The notes: a model not told the origin generated them from the letters alone. Shown: positions 37,795 through 49,297, counted from the first letter of the stretch. The stretch: DNA of 64,000 nucleotides from Candidatus Latescibacterota bacterium (GCA_965203355.1 OZ241889.1:96001-160000), one strand, 5' to 3'. Program-made: numbers and translations.

Positions 37795-38679
37795 TCAAAA
37801 AATAAAATTTTTAATCCTCTCTTTAACGATCTGCGGGTCATCTTGGCCCGGTAGAAACTCAGCATCTGAAATTCCCATCGACTCCAACCATGTCCTCCAG
37901 TATTCTTTAATTATCTCTAGATCGAACATATCTCGATATGCGATTTCAACCATTAAAAATTTTACATTATAGTCGCTGAAATTCTTTCCTATTTCTAGTA
38001 CGCCGTGTTCTTCATCGCGAAATTTTTGCTGCCAATTCGGAGTATTGCGAAATTGGATGATTTGACTGTAGGGAATATAGCTAGCCTTATTTCCTATTTT
38101 AGAACGCTTAGCTTGAATATCAGCATTGAAATCTAAATATCCATCTGACAAGCAGATAATGTAATTACGATAACCTCTCTTTAAGTACACCTCTGCACTA
38201 TCCCTAAACCAAATCCATATGTCCGATCCAGTAAATTTGTTTTGATTGCCGATAAATTGATACAACTTATCAATTGCCGTAAGTAAATTCTCCTTCTTCT
38301 CTTTAAATACTGGAGCACCACCTCGCTTTTCCTGTGGTGTGGGCCATATTTTTAGATCTGATATGATACTATGCGGAATTGAAGGAAAGTTCTTTTGTTC
38401 AGGGATGATAAAACCGAGGCTATGGTTAGACCCAATATAGAGTTTTCTCTGAACAAATTCCTCGAACAAATCGACTATATCTTTAGCAATCTCAATATCT
38501 TTTTGAACCTGTTCAGGATTCTTTTCCTGAGAAATTCGGTCGGAGGTATCGAGAATAACTACGATATTTATCGGTGGCGTTTGTGGCTGCACTTGCCGAT
38601 CATCTGACTTGCAACTTATAGGCCCGAATAAGATAGCAAATATAGTAAACACCCTTCCCAGAGCTTGCGTTTTCTGCAT
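37795..38679 (-). CDS. vWA-like exported/lipoprotein (AT-rich insert)
   Basis: Hydrophobic N-terminus with ISC; VVILDTSDR, GSDIW and CLSDG MIDAS-like motifs; AAGGAGG RBS. Confidence 0.7.
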   Translation of the reverse strand: MQKTQALGRVFTIFAILFGPISCKSDDRQVQPQTPPINIVVILDTSDRISQEKNPEQVQKDIEIAKDIVDLFEEFVQRKLYIGSNHSLGFIIPEQKNFPSIPHSIISDLKIWPTPQEKRGGAPVFKEKKENLLTAIDKLYQFIGNQNKFTGSDIWIWFRDSAEVYLKRGYRNYIICLSDGYLDFNADIQAKRSKIGNKASYIPYSQIIQFRNTPNWQQKFRDEEHGVLEIGKNFSDYNVKFLMVEIAYRDMFDLEIIKEYWRTWLESMGISDAEFLPGQDDPQIVKERIKNFIF

Positions 38680-38725
38680 GAATCCTCCTTGTAAACCTTC
38701 CTTATTATTGCCAATTCACTGATGT

Positions 38726-40564
38726 CTATTCTTTAGTAGGACTATCTTCCTCTCGCGAGAAATAAGACTCCGACTCTTCGTAGTATTTATCTAATTCGAT
38801 TTGTACCTCCTTCTTAGCCGCTTCGATCTCAGCTCCGCTACCCCCACTATGGGAAACATACCGGAGCCAACCGTTCAAAAATTGATTGACCTGATATTCA
38901 ATATCATTGCGGTCGAGATTACTCACTTTTTTGCGTATCCGCAAGAGATCGTCTATACTGGCTTGGCTATTTCCAATCTTACCTTGCAGGCTCGATATTT
39001 TATCTTCAAATTGGGCAATATCTCTTGACAAACTTTCCACTTCTTCCTCTAGGACAGCTATTTCCTTTTTTCGCAGATTTTTTTCGGTTTCTTTTTTCGC
39101 TTCCAACTGATTGCGGTGTCTTTTGTCTAGATCAACCCGCTGTTTGGCCTCGTCTGTAAGAGACCGTACACCGTTCAATCTCTCGCAGGTAACGTGGTAA
39201 AGTAAACTGGTCAAGAGAGAAACCACAAAGCCGCAAAAAATAACAATCCAAATATTAAGGTCAGATATCCTGTAAGCCCATTCCCCGCTCTCTTGTCCCA
39301 TGAGAATTTTGGCTTGATGTATCTTCTGTGAAATTTTAACCGCAAGCAAAACATCAAATATAAGAGTAAACATCAAAATAATTATTGGTACTATCCATTT
39401 CCACTTATCTTGTCGTTCTAAAAAATGATGAAAAGCAATTGCAAAAGATAGAAAAATAATAGGAGACAAAACAACGATCAGATTTACATCTGCAAAAGCG
39501 TCAAAAATGGCAGAAGTATTAACTATATCATTGACGCCAGCATACGTACCTGAATCCAACTCTTCCTGGATCGATTCTTCGTGCAAGAAAAATGCCTTAT
39601 CAACGGCTGAGGCATAAAAAACGAAAAGGTAGCTAGCCAAACCGAGCAAGAAAATTGCCGCGATACTCCCAGTGATAAGATGCATCCATGATATCCCTTG
39701 TCTAGCCAGAGCCACACTAGCAGCAGCTTCTATTGGTAGTTCTAACTCGACGGATGTTGGCTTTTCTAGTTCGACTTTCAGCCCTGCTAGCTTTACTCTT
39801 TTCTCTTCTCGTTTTTGCATCTTCTCGCTGAGTTCCTGTTCGGAGATCAGTTTTTGTTTTTCAGTTTCTCCTATCTTTACTCGTAGCTGATCAATTTCTG
39901 ATTCCGCTCCGTTATTGGATGCCACTTCTTTCTTATTTACTTCTCCGTCTCGGATAATGGATTGAATATGGGATGGCAGACAGGAAGCACTACCCTGGTG
40001 GTTTGCTGCCCAATAAAAACCATTCTCTGCACACCAGTAAGGATCATGGCCATTTGGATTGCTCATAGATTGAGATCTTTCTTTTATAAAGGGTGATTGG
40101 TTTGGGAGAGGGTATGCTACCTGCTTCCCATTAGGTGTATTGGGAAGAGACCGTCGAGAGCGCATCGTAAAAAAATTCAATGCCTTAGCTATAAGGTTAT
40201 TCTTGCCAACACGTGCTTCAAACTCAGCAAAGGTAATCTTCCTAAACTGATTTCGCCCCAAGTTCTCGTAAAAAACCCAAAGTTCAGAATCGGTGCTATT
40301 GGCAAATATCCCGAAAGGCGTATCCGTTGCACTGAGATAGGATTTTAGCTGATCAACGCCGTGTCCTACATCCCCGTGTCGCTTGCACTCGGCAATAGCG
40401 GCAAGGTTTGATTTCCGATCAATAAGTACAACGTCGGCTCTGCGGTTTTCAGAGCCCATCTGAATAGAGCATTCCTTTTCGATGGAAAACTTTTGGAATT
40501 TAGGTTCAGAAAAGTAACGATCGACCTCTTCTACCACTATGCTTTCAGGTGTCACTTTTTGCAT
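38726..40564 (-). CDS. HsdR_N-type PD-(D/E)XK nuclease domain fused to coiled-coil / 4-TM / coiled-coil module
   Basis: RRADVVL...AIAECKR...QLKSY..AT...FGIFAN; four hydrophobic helices; heptad-rich flanks. Confidence 0.75.
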   Translation of the reverse strand: MQKVTPESIVVEEVDRYFSEPKFQKFSIEKECSIQMGSENRRADVVLIDRKSNLAAIAECKRHGDVGHGVDQLKSYLSATDTPFGIFANSTDSELWVFYENLGRNQFRKITFAEFEARVGKNNLIAKALNFFTMRSRRSLPNTPNGKQVAYPLPNQSPFIKERSQSMSNPNGHDPYWCAENGFYWAANHQGSASCLPSHIQSIIRDGEVNKKEVASNNGAESEIDQLRVKIGETEKQKLISEQELSEKMQKREEKRVKLAGLKVELEKPTSVELELPIEAAASVALARQGISWMHLITGSIAAIFLLGLASYLFVFYASAVDKAFFLHEESIQEELDSGTYAGVNDIVNTSAIFDAFADVNLIVVLSPIIFLSFAIAFHHFLERQDKWKWIVPIIILMFTLIFDVLLAVKISQKIHQAKILMGQESGEWAYRISDLNIWIVIFCGFVVSLLTSLLYHVTCERLNGVRSLTDEAKQRVDLDKRHRNQLEAKKETEKNLRKKEIAVLEEEVESLSRDIAQFEDKISSLQGKIGNSQASIDDLLRIRKKVSNLDRNDIEYQVNQFLNGWLRYVSHSGGSGAEIEAAKKEVQIELDKYYEESESYFSREEDSPTKE

Positions 40565-40571
40565 GTTGACC

Positions 40572-41738
40572 TTACTTGATCCCCACGGCTTGGCGCAGCA
40601 ACTCGCCCTTGTCGGTCCGTTCCCAAACGAACTCCGGCTCCTCGCGTCCAAAGTGGCCGTAGTTGGTGGTTTTTCGGTAGATGGGTCGCCTTAGTTGCAG
40701 GGCCTCAATGACGCCCTTGGGAGTTAGGTCAAATACTTTTTCCACGGCCGCGGCGATCTGCTCGTCGGGCGCGACGCCCGTGCCAAAGGTATCGACCCGC
40801 ACGGATACGGGCGCGGCCACGCCAATGGCATAGGCCAGCTGCACTTGGCAGCGGGCGGCCAAGCGGGCCGCTACCGCGTTTTTGGCCACGTAACGCGCCA
40901 TATAGTGGCCACTGCGGTCCACCTTGCTGGGGTCTTTGCCGGAAAAAGCACCCCCGCCGTGCGGGCACGCGCCCCCGTAGGTATCGACGATGATCTTGCG
41001 GCCCGTCAGTCCACAGTCGCCATGCGGCCCCCCGATGACGAAGCGACCCGTGGGGTTGACGTGGTATTGGGTGTCGGCGTCGAGCAGGTGGGCGGGGATT
41101 ACCGCTTGTACGACCTGTTCGATCATGTCTTTTTTGATCTGCGCGTGACCGGCCTCGGGCGCGTGTTGGGTCGAGAGGACCACGGCGCCTACCCGCACGG
41201 GCTGACCGTCTTCGTACTCGACGCTGACCTGAGACTTGGCGTCCGGGCGCAGATAGGGAATTTTCCCTTCCTTGCGCAGCCGCGTCAGGTGCTGCATCAG
41301 CGCATGCGCGAGGGTTATGGGCAGCGGCATGAGCTGGGGGGTTTCGCGGCAGGCATAGCCAAACATCATACCTTGATCGCCCGCCCCCGCTTCCTTGTGC
41401 AGTCCCTCGCCCGCGTTGACGCCTTGGGCTATGTCCGGCGATTGCTGGTCCAAGGCCACCAAAATAGAGCACGAGCGAAAGTCAAAACCTTGCTCGGAAT
41501 CGCAGTAGCCAATATCGGCGATGACTTGCCTGATGAGGGCCTCAATGTCTAGACGAGCCTCGCTTTTAATCTCGCCAGCGACAATGACTCGGTCCGTGGT
41601 AACGAGCGTTTCGCAGGCCACTCGTGCATTGAGATCCTCGGCGAGCATGGCGTCGAGTACAGCGTCGGAAATCTGATCGGCAACTTTGTCGGGATGCCCT
41701 TCGGACACGGATTCTGAAGTGAACATGTATTTGGACAT
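40572..41738 (-). CDS. metK: S-adenosylmethionine synthetase
   Basis: [27 protein letters not shown]. Confidence 0.98.
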   Translation of the reverse strand: MSKYMFTSESVSEGHPDKVADQISDAVLDAMLAEDLNARVACETLVTTDRVIVAGEIKSEARLDIEALIRQVIADIGYCDSEQGFDFRSCSILVALDQQSPDIAQGVNAGEGLHKEAGAGDQGMMFGYACRETPQLMPLPITLAHALMQHLTRLRKEGKIPYLRPDAKSQVSVEYEDGQPVRVGAVVLSTQHAPEAGHAQIKKDMIEQVVQAVIPAHLLDADTQYHVNPTGRFVIGGPHGDCGLTGRKIIVDTYGGACPHGGGAFSGKDPSKVDRSGHYMARYVAKNAVAARLAARCQVQLAYAIGVAAPVSVRVDTFGTGVAPDEQIAAAVEKVFDLTPKGVIEALQLRRPIYRKTTNYGHFGREEPEFVWERTDKGELLRQAVGIK

Positions 41739-41757
41739 GGTGTATTCTCAAGCTCCT

Positions 41758-43524
41758 TTACTGATACCGCTGACGCCAGAAGGGCATGTGCTCGCCAATG
41801 GCTTCCTCTAAGTATTGGCGCACCTCAGCCGCCGTGTCCATGGCCAAGCATTCGTCGGCGATTTGCCGCGCCTTTTCAGCACGAGTGGCGCGAATGACCT
41901 CCTTGACCTCCGGGATAAGACCAGGGCTTAGACTCAAACAATCCAGCCCCAGACCGAGCAAGAGCGTCGTGGCCAAGGGGTCGCCGGCCATCTCGCCGCA
42001 GATGCTCACGGGCGTGTTGGTGCGCTGGCCGCTGTCGGCGACCATTTTGATCAAGCGCAAGACCGCCGGGTGAAACGGGTCGTAGAGCCACGCCACTTTG
42101 CTTGTGCCGCGATCCACGGCCAACGCGTACTGGGTCAGGTCGTTGGTGCCGAGGCTGAAAAAATCCACTTCGCGAGCAAAGTGATCGGCCAGCAAAGCCA
42201 CAGACGGCACTTCGACCATAATGCCCAGCTTGCAATGCTCGGCAAAGGGTTGCCCCGCCGCCCGCAACTCGTCTTTGGCTTCCTCCACTAGCGCCCGGGC
42301 GCGCCGCAACTCGTTCAAGCTAGAAATCATCGGCAACAAGATCTGAGCCGCGCCGCGGGCACCGGCTCTGAGCAAGGCGCGTAGCTGCGTCTTGAACAGG
42401 TCTGGAGTATCGAGGCAAATGCGGATGCCGCGCCACCCCAAGAAGGGGTTGGCCTCGGGGGGCACCTCTAAGACGTGGGACAGCTTGTCGCCGCCCAAGT
42501 CCATGGTGCGAATCACCACGGGATATGGAGCCAGCGATTCGACGAGGGTGGAATAGATCTTGAACTGCTCCTCCTCGGAGGGCAAGCGGTAGTTGAGATA
42601 CAGGAACTCGGTGCGGTACATGCCCACGCCGCGAGCGCCGTGGTCGAGCGCCGCTTGCACTTCGGTATGCACATCGACGTTGGCCGTCAAGACAATCTCC
42701 TGCCCGTCTTGGGTAATCGCGGGCAAGTCGCGCCGGCGCTCTAGGTCGCGCTCGCGCCGCAGTTGACGCTGGCGACGCGCCCGATAGCGCCGTTCCTCGT
42801 GGACATCGGGCCGCAGGTGTACCCGGCCTTCGTTGCCATCGACGACCACTAAGTCGCCGTCGGCCACTTGCTGCGAACAGTCGCCGGTGCCGACGACCGT
42901 GGGTAGCTGCAACGAGCGGGCAATGATGGCCGCGTGCGAAGCCGCGCCGCCCGCATCGAGCACCACGCCTTTGATCCGGCGGCGCTCTAGGCGCACCATC
43001 TCCGAGGGCAGCAAGTCGTGGGCTAGGACAATCGCGTTGGCGCGGAGCGAATCAAGCGCTTTGACCTCGCCCCCGGCTAAGCGCATCAACACCTGATTTT
43101 CTATATCCGCGATGTCGCTTATCCGCGCCCGCAGGTATTCGTTTTCAATGTTGCCGAAGGCCTCTTTGACTTTCTCCAGTTCCTCGGCGTATGCCCACTC
43201 GGCCGAATAGTGCTTTTCGCGAATCAAGGCCTCGGTCTGCGCTAGGATGGATGCGTCTTCTAGCATGGCTAACTGGGCGTCGAATATCTGCGCTAGTTCC
43301 TCGCCCTGCTCGCTGGCGACCCAGCGGCGAATGCGCCGAATTTCGTCCCCGGCTTGATGGAGTATGTTGCGAAAGTGCTCGATCTCCTCGGCAACCAGAT
43401 GCTGCGCCACGCGCCGACGGGTGATAACCGGGGCCTGCTTGTCGTATGCGAAAGCCCGGCCAATGCCAATGCCGGGGGAGACGCATATCCCATTGAAAAC
43501 CCTATGTTCGCGGGTCGCGGTCAA
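41758..43524 (-). CDS. ptsI: PEP-protein phosphotransferase (PTS enzyme I)
   Basis: [39 protein letters not shown]. Confidence 0.95.
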   Translation of the reverse strand: MTATREHRVFNGICVSPGIGIGRAFAYDKQAPVITRRRVAQHLVAEEIEHFRNILHQAGDEIRRIRRWVASEQGEELAQIFDAQLAMLEDASILAQTEALIREKHYSAEWAYAEELEKVKEAFGNIENEYLRARISDIADIENQVLMRLAGGEVKALDSLRANAIVLAHDLLPSEMVRLERRRIKGVVLDAGGAASHAAIIARSLQLPTVVGTGDCSQQVADGDLVVVDGNEGRVHLRPDVHEERRYRARRQRQLRRERDLERRRDLPAITQDGQEIVLTANVDVHTEVQAALDHGARGVGMYRTEFLYLNYRLPSEEEQFKIYSTLVESLAPYPVVIRTMDLGGDKLSHVLEVPPEANPFLGWRGIRICLDTPDLFKTQLRALLRAGARGAAQILLPMISSLNELRRARALVEEAKDELRAAGQPFAEHCKLGIMVEVPSVALLADHFAREVDFFSLGTNDLTQYALAVDRGTSKVAWLYDPFHPAVLRLIKMVADSGQRTNTPVSICGEMAGDPLATTLLLGLGLDCLSLSPGLIPEVKEVIRATRAEKARQIADECLAMDTAAEVRQYLEEAIGEHMPFWRQRYQ

Positions 43525-43793
43525 ATCTGCCCCTCAAAGGTGCTTTCCAGCAGTGAGACCATGGCCTCAACGGCCGCGGCCTCGTCTTCACCCTCGGCCC
43601 GGACGGCAACTTGGGCCCCTTGCCCGGCGGCCAGCATCATCACGCCCATGATGCTCTTGCCGTTGACCCCATCGACGTCGCCTTTGGAAAGGTAAATGTC
43701 GGCCTTGAATCGGCCGGCCGTCTGTACCAAAAGCGCGGCTGGCCGAGCGTGAATACCCAGTGGATTGTTGATGGTGGCCGTCTTTTCAACCAT
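43521..43793 (-). CDS. ptsH: Phosphocarrier protein HPr
   Basis: GIHARPA (His15), GKSIMGVM (Ser46). Confidence 0.95.
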   Translation of the reverse strand: MVEKTATINNPLGIHARPAALLVQTAGRFKADIYLSKGDVDGVNGKSIMGVMMLAAGQGAQVAVRAEGEDEAAAVEAMVSLLESTFEGQI

Positions 43794-43798
43794 GACCC

Positions 43799-44554
43799 TT
43801 ACTCCTGTCGTTCTTTTATGTGTACTGCGCGGCTCAGGGCACACAAGCGCGGCTGATCGTCTTCGACGACGCTGCCCGTGACCACGAAGCCCGCACCGGC
43901 TTCCACCTTGGCCCGCGCCACCCCCGGTTCGCGAATGCCGCCACCGACGATGACCGGCACCGATACGCAATCGGCGACCGCGCTCACCATTTCGTCGGGC
44001 ACGGACGCGCACGCGCCGCTGCCGGTCTCTAGGTAAATAAGCCTCATGCCCAAGTACTCGGCCGCCAAAGCGTGGGCCATGGCGATGTCGATCTTGTCGC
44101 GCGGGATGGGCCGAGTATCGCTCATAAACTCCACCGAGGTCAAGGTCCCCGATTCGACCAGCATATACCCGGTGGGGATGGTCTCAATGCCGTACTCGCG
44201 GATCAAGGGAGCGGCCTTGACGTGCTCGCCGATCAAGAGCTCGGGGTTGCGCCCGCTGACCAGCGACAGAAAGAGGATCGCATCGGCTGTCGGCACCACC
44301 TGTCCCGAGCTGCCGGGAAAGCTAATCACCGGCACATCTACCTTGGCTCGGACGCGCTCGAAACAGACCACATTGCGCGACGAGAACATCAGGCTCGTGC
44401 CGATGAGAATCGCGTCGGCCCCGGCCGCAACGCAGCGCTGAGCGCGCGCCTCCAACTCGTCTGGAGCCAATCGATCTGGATCGAGCAGAGGCAGGTAGCC
44501 AGCGCCTCGGCGGTGTCGGATGTCTAGCAGGTATTGTAGTACACTGCTCGTCAC
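43799..44554 (-). CDS. Geranylgeranylglyceryl/heptaprenylglyceryl phosphate synthase (group II-like)
   Basis: [36 protein letters not shown]. Confidence 0.92.
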   Translation of the reverse strand: MTSSVLQYLLDIRHRRGAGYLPLLDPDRLAPDELEARAQRCVAAGADAILIGTSLMFSSRNVVCFERVRAKVDVPVISFPGSSGQVVPTADAILFLSLVSGRNPELLIGEHVKAAPLIREYGIETIPTGYMLVESGTLTSVEFMSDTRPIPRDKIDIAMAHALAAEYLGMRLIYLETGSGACASVPDEMVSAVADCVSVPVIVGGGIREPGVARAKVEAGAGFVVTGSVVEDDQPRLCALSRAVHIKERQE

Positions 44555-44567
44555 AAATTTAACTCGC

Positions 44568-47192
44568 CTATTTTAGCTGCTGCTCGACGATGCGCGCCAC
44601 TTGCGCTAGCGCCTCGTCGAGTTTGCCCGGGTCGCGTCCGCCCGCTTGGGCCAAGTGCGCCTTGCCGCCACCCGAGCCACCGGCAAGCTGCGCCACGCCG
44701 CGCACAATGTCGCCGGCCTTCAGCCCGCGGCCCTTAATCAAGTCGTCGGAGACAACCGCGATAAAGGAAACCTTGCCGCCGATATCCGCCCCCAAAACGC
44801 CCACTCCCGACCCCAAGCTCTCGCGCAGTCCGTCGGCCATGGCCCGCAGGCTGGGCACATCCTCGGCTTGGGTGCGTTGCGCCACGACCTTGACCCCTTG
44901 TACTGCGCGCGCTTCGGTCAAGTTATGGGTCGCTTCTAGCACCGCAACCCGCCGCCGCAATTCGTCGAGGGACCGCTCCAACTGACGATTGCGACCCAAG
45001 AGCGCTTCGATCTTGTCCGCCAACTTTTCGGGCGCGGCGTTGAGCCGAGTGCTCAAATCCGTCAACACCTGTCGCCGCTGCCGTGCGGCCCGCGCGGCAC
45101 CCTCGCCAGTCAACGCCTCGCTGCGCCGGACGCCCGCGGCAATGCCGCTTTCGGAGAGCAAATCGAACGCGCCGATTTCGCCGGTCGAGCGCACGTGAGT
45201 ACCGCCACACAGTTCGAGACTGAAGTCGCCGATCCGCACCACGCGAACCTGATCCTCGTATTTTTCGCCAAAGAGCGCCCGGGCCCCCATGGCCCGGGCT
45301 TTTTCCAACTTTTCTTGAAAAGTGCTCACTTTTAGGTCGGCGCGAATCTGCTCATTGACCCGCTCCTCAATTTCGCGCAACTGCTCAGGTTCTACCGCGG
45401 CGAAATGCGAAAAGTCAAAGCGCAAGCGGTCCGGTGCGACCAGCGAACCCATCTGCCCCACGTGGTCGCCAAGGGTCCGCCGCAGCGACTCGTGCAACAG
45501 ATGAGTCGCCGTGTGGTTGCGCTCGGCGTCCATGCGAGCGGAGGCGTCAACGCGGGCAACTACCACACCGGTCAACGCGCCAGCCTCACCTTTCACTAAG
45601 CGACCGATGTGGAAGATGCCACCGTGCTCCTTCTTCGCGTCCTCCACTTCGACGACAAAACCTTCGCCCTCAATCATTCCTCGGTCGCCGACTTGCCCCC
45701 CAGCCTCAGCGTAAAAAGGGGTCCGATTCAGCAAGAGCCACACTCGGTCGTCTTCGCCCCCGCCGATGCGATCCGCTTCCACCACCTCAGCCTCTATCTC
45801 CAACTCGTCGTAGCCGACGAAGGCCGAAGCCGACTTCTTTTCGACTTTTGGCGTTCCCCCGGTAATGCTGCCAAGGGCAAGGGATTTTTTAGCCTGACGC
45901 GACCGTTCCTGCTGCGCGGCGCGATCGCGGTCGTATCCCTCTGGCTCTAGCACCGAGACTTCCTGTTCACGGGCCATCAGCTCGGTCAAGTCTTTGGGGA
46001 AGCCGTAGGTATCCTCGAGATGAAAAATTTCAGCACCGGTGATCTGTCCGTTAGCGGCAAACCGCGCGAAGAGGTCCAACCCGCGGTCGAGCGTCTTGCC
46101 AAAACTCTCCTCCTCGGAGCGGATGACGCGCGCGATGTGATCCTGCCTAGCCGGCACCTCCGGGAAGACATACCCGATGGTTTCGCCCAAGGTGTCAACT
46201 AACTGATGAATGAAGGGATCGTGCTGATCGAGTTGGCGGGCGTAGCGCGCGGCGCGGCGCAGGATGCGGCGCAGGACGTACCCACGCCCCTCGTTGGCCG
46301 GCATGGCGCCGTCGGCCAGGGCGAAGCTGAGGGCGCGGACGTGGTCGGCGATGACCTGCATGGGGACTCGGTACTCGCCGCCGTACTCTTTGCCCGTACA
46401 TTCGGCGATGCGGCCGATGAGCGGCCCAAAGACATCGGTCTCGTAGCTGCTCTCGGCTCCCTGCAAAAGACTACACATCCGCTCAAAGCCCATGCCGGTA
46501 TCCACGTGCTTTTCAGGCAGGGGTTGCAGTGCCCCGGTTTCATCGCGGTTGTACTGGATAAAGACCAAGTTCCAGATCTCGACCAAATCGCCCGTATCGT
46601 CGATGAGCATACGGCGATTTTGCGCCGCCAGGTCGTCGCCCAAGTAGTAGTGAATTTCAGAGCAGGGTCCACAGGGGCCGGTCTCGCCCATTTCCCAAAA
46701 GTTTTCCTTGGCCGGCAAACGCACGACGCGGCCCGGCAGCAGGTCGGTGCATTCGCGCCAAAACGCCTCGGCCGCCCCATCGGCTTCTACCGCGTCATCG
46801 CCGACAAAAACGGTCGCCCAGAGCCGTTCCTTTTCCAAGCCAAAGTGCTCGGTGATTAACTCCCAACCCCACTCAATGGCCTCTTTTTTGAAATAGTCGC
46901 CAAAGGACCAGTTGCCCAGCATCTCAAAGAAGGTGTGGTGCCAAGGGCTGTAACCGACTTCGTCGAGGTCGTTGTGCTTGCCCGAGACCCGCACGACCTT
47001 TTGCGTATCAACCGCCCGGGTGTAGTCGCGCCGGCCCAAGCCCAAGAATACATCCTTGAACTGATTCATGCCGGCGTTGGTAAAATAGAGGGTAGGGTCG
47101 TCTTGCGGCACGACCGGCGCACTCGGTACGCGCACGTGGCCCTTATCTTCAAAAAAACGGAGGAACGCTTCTCTAATCTCTCTCGACTGCAT
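44568..47192 (-). CDS. alaS: Alanyl-tRNA synthetase
   Basis: FTNAGMNQFK, HHTFFEMLGN, HTATH, ELCGGTH, GGSGGG. Confidence 0.98.
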   Translation of the reverse strand: MQSREIREAFLRFFEDKGHVRVPSAPVVPQDDPTLYFTNAGMNQFKDVFLGLGRRDYTRAVDTQKVVRVSGKHNDLDEVGYSPWHHTFFEMLGNWSFGDYFKKEAIEWGWELITEHFGLEKERLWATVFVGDDAVEADGAAEAFWRECTDLLPGRVVRLPAKENFWEMGETGPCGPCSEIHYYLGDDLAAQNRRMLIDDTGDLVEIWNLVFIQYNRDETGALQPLPEKHVDTGMGFERMCSLLQGAESSYETDVFGPLIGRIAECTGKEYGGEYRVPMQVIADHVRALSFALADGAMPANEGRGYVLRRILRRAARYARQLDQHDPFIHQLVDTLGETIGYVFPEVPARQDHIARVIRSEEESFGKTLDRGLDLFARFAANGQITGAEIFHLEDTYGFPKDLTELMAREQEVSVLEPEGYDRDRAAQQERSRQAKKSLALGSITGGTPKVEKKSASAFVGYDELEIEAEVVEADRIGGGEDDRVWLLLNRTPFYAEAGGQVGDRGMIEGEGFVVEVEDAKKEHGGIFHIGRLVKGEAGALTGVVVARVDASARMDAERNHTATHLLHESLRRTLGDHVGQMGSLVAPDRLRFDFSHFAAVEPEQLREIEERVNEQIRADLKVSTFQEKLEKARAMGARALFGEKYEDQVRVVRIGDFSLELCGGTHVRSTGEIGAFDLLSESGIAAGVRRSEALTGEGAARAARQRRQVLTDLSTRLNAAPEKLADKIEALLGRNRQLERSLDELRRRVAVLEATHNLTEARAVQGVKVVAQRTQAEDVPSLRAMADGLRESLGSGVGVLGADIGGKVSFIAVVSDDLIKGRGLKAGDIVRGVAQLAGGSGGGKAHLAQAGGRDPGKLDEALAQVARIVEQQLK

Positions 47193-47200
47193 AAAATCTC

Positions 47201-47238
47201 CTGTGACCAGTGGTCGGTGGTCAGTGGCCAGTGGCCAG
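47201..47238. repeat. Intergenic heptamer tandem repeat, about 5 degenerate copies of CAGTGGY
   Basis: CTGTGAC CAGTGGT CGGTGGT CAGTGGC CAGTGGC CAG. Confidence 0.8.
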
Positions 47239-47727
47239 CTAGCCGTCAGCGCGATTACTGGCTAACTCCTGCCACACCTGTTCGACCGCTACGCTGGCCG
47301 TTTCCGCATCGCAACCGCGCCGGGCCAAAAAGCCCAGCATCCGACGCTTGGCCTTGTCGGGTGCCAATCCCCGGTAGCGCCAAACCTGCTTGCTCAACAA
47401 TTCGACCGCCCGTTCACTCGAATCGAGCACCGGGGCGTACTCGGCGAGAATCTCGTCAATCACGCCTGCGGCCACGCCTTTATGCCTGAGTTCCTCGGCT
47501 AGTTTGCGCGCACCACAAGCCCGCGGCAACCGCGCCTCAACCCAACGCCGAGCGAACTCGCTGTCGTCGAGGAGCTGCTGGCGCTGCAAGTCAGCGAGGA
47601 CCGCGGCGACGACCTCAGCGGCAAAATCCTTCTCCCTTAGCTTGTCGCGCACCTCGGCTACGGATCGCGCCCGATAGCTGAGATAGCGATAGGCCACGTC
47701 CTTGGCTTTTTGCAGTGGGTCGGCCAC
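47239..47727 (-). CDS. recX: Regulatory protein RecX
   Basis: LSYRARSVAE, LDDSEFA, EELRHKGV, FLARRG; directly after recA. Confidence 0.92.
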   Translation of the reverse strand: MADPLQKAKDVAYRYLSYRARSVAEVRDKLREKDFAAEVVAAVLADLQRQQLLDDSEFARRWVEARLPRACGARKLAEELRHKGVAAGVIDEILAEYAPVLDSSERAVELLSKQVWRYRGLAPDKAKRRMLGFLARRGCDAETASVAVEQVWQELASNRADG

Positions 47728-48792
47728 TTATTCGTCGGCCTCGCGGGCCTCGTTTTGTCCTACCGCAACCTCCAGGCCCAACTCGACGCGCAGCTTGTGC
47801 TCGATCTCGGCGGCGACTGGTGCGTTTTCGCGTAGAAAAACGCGGGCATTATCTCGGCCCTGCCCCAATCGCTCGCCATGGTAGGAAAACCACGCTCCAC
47901 TCTTGTCAATAAGCCCCTTGGCAACGCCGATATCAATCAGGTCGCCTTCCCAAGAAATGCCGATTTGGTCGCCGTGAAAGATCAAGTCGAATTCGGCTTC
48001 GCGAAAGGGGGGGGCCACTTTGTTTTTGACCACCTTGACCCGAGTGCGATTGCCGATGTCGAGATCGCCATCTTTGACGCGGGCGATGCGGCGGATATCG
48101 AGGCGCACCGAAGAATAGAAGGGCAGGGCGCGCCCGCCGGTGGTGGTCTCCGGGTTGCCGAACATCACGCCGATTTTCATGCGCAACTGGTTGAGAAAGA
48201 TCAAACAAGTGTGCGAGCGGTTGATCGAGCCGGCGAGCTTGCGCAGGGCTTGGGACATCAGCCGCGCATGCAAGCCCACGTGCGAATCGCCCATGTCGCC
48301 TTCCAATTCGGCCTGCGGCACCAGCGCGGCCACCGAATCCACCACGATGATGTCGAAGGCACCGCTGCGCACCAAGGTATCGACGATTTCGAGGGCCTGC
48401 TCGCCCGAATCCGGCTGCGATATGATTAGGTTTTCCACATCAACGCCAATGCGCCGCGCAAAGCTGACGTCCAGGGCGTGTTCGGCGTCGATGAAAGCCG
48501 CTGTGCCTCCGCGTTTTTGCGCCTCGCGAATGGCGTGTAGCGAGAGCATGGTTTTACCCGCTCCCTCTGGACCGGATATTTCGACGATCCGCCCCTTGGG
48601 CAAGCCGCCGATGCCCAGCGCTGCATCTACGGCCAGTGATCCGGTAGAAATCGCCTCCACTTCTTGCACTCCACCCTCGGCCCCGAGGCGCATGATCGAC
48701 CCCTTGCCGTATTGCTTTTCAATCTGCGACATGGCCAGTTCCAAGGCTCTGGCCTTGTTGCCGTCTGCACGGTGTCCGTTCGCTTTCGCCAT
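47728..48792 (-). CDS. recA: Recombinase RecA
   Basis: [41 protein letters not shown]. Confidence 0.98.
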   Translation of the reverse strand: MAKANGHRADGNKARALELAMSQIEKQYGKGSIMRLGAEGGVQEVEAISTGSLAVDAALGIGGLPKGRIVEISGPEGAGKTMLSLHAIREAQKRGGTAAFIDAEHALDVSFARRIGVDVENLIISQPDSGEQALEIVDTLVRSGAFDIIVVDSVAALVPQAELEGDMGDSHVGLHARLMSQALRKLAGSINRSHTCLIFLNQLRMKIGVMFGNPETTTGGRALPFYSSVRLDIRRIARVKDGDLDIGNRTRVKVVKNKVAPPFREAEFDLIFHGDQIGISWEGDLIDIGVAKGLIDKSGAWFSYHGERLGQGRDNARVFLRENAPVAAEIEHKLRVELGLEVAVGQNEAREADE

Positions 48793-48806
48793 GAAAATCT
48801 CCCCAA

Positions 48807-49271
48807 TTAAAGTGTGCTCATCCACTCGACCAAATAGGACGATGAGCAAATGACCACGTTGCTGTACAGGCCAGCGACCACGTCGTCGGCCACGATGCCC
48901 CAGCCCCCGGGCAGGGCTTCTAGCGGCCGCGCCGGGGGCGGCTTTACAATATCGAAGGCGCGGAAGACGAAGAAACCTGCGATGATCGTCCCGGCACTTG
49001 GGGGCAAAAATGCCACTGCAAAGAGAAAGCCCACCCCCTCGTCAACGACGACCTGCCCGGGGTCATCGCCCCATTCCGGGGCCGCCCGGCCCGCGCTGTA
49101 CACCCCTATGGCCGAGGCGACTAAAAGCACCCCGAGCCACTCCAGCGTCCCCAACGGCGGGAAAAATGACCCGTACAACCAATACACCAAAGCGACAAAC
49201 GCGGTGCCAGCCGTACCGGGTGCCCACGGGGCATAGCCGACAAAAAAGAGCGTGGCGATCAGTCGGTTCAG
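48807..49271 (-). CDS. pgpA: Phosphatidylglycerophosphatase A (probable CTG start)
   Basis: [42 protein letters not shown]. Confidence 0.88.
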   Translation of the reverse strand: MNRLIATLFFVGYAPWAPGTAGTAFVALVYWLYGSFFPPLGTLEWLGVLLVASAIGVYSAGRAAPEWGDDPGQVVVDEGVGFLFAVAFLPPSAGTIIAGFFVFRAFDIVKPPPARPLEALPGGWGIVADDVVAGLYSNVVICSSSYLVEWMSTL

Positions 49272-49297
49272 AAGAAACGCGTTCCTCTACGCCGCGC

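Noticed and set aside
41739-41757. SAM riboswitch upstream of metK
   Set aside because: Only 19 nt separate ptsI from metK, leaving room for just an RBS
48550-48580. RecA Walker A variant GPEGAGKT
   Set aside because: The GxxxxGKT core and all other motifs are intact; likely a lineage variant
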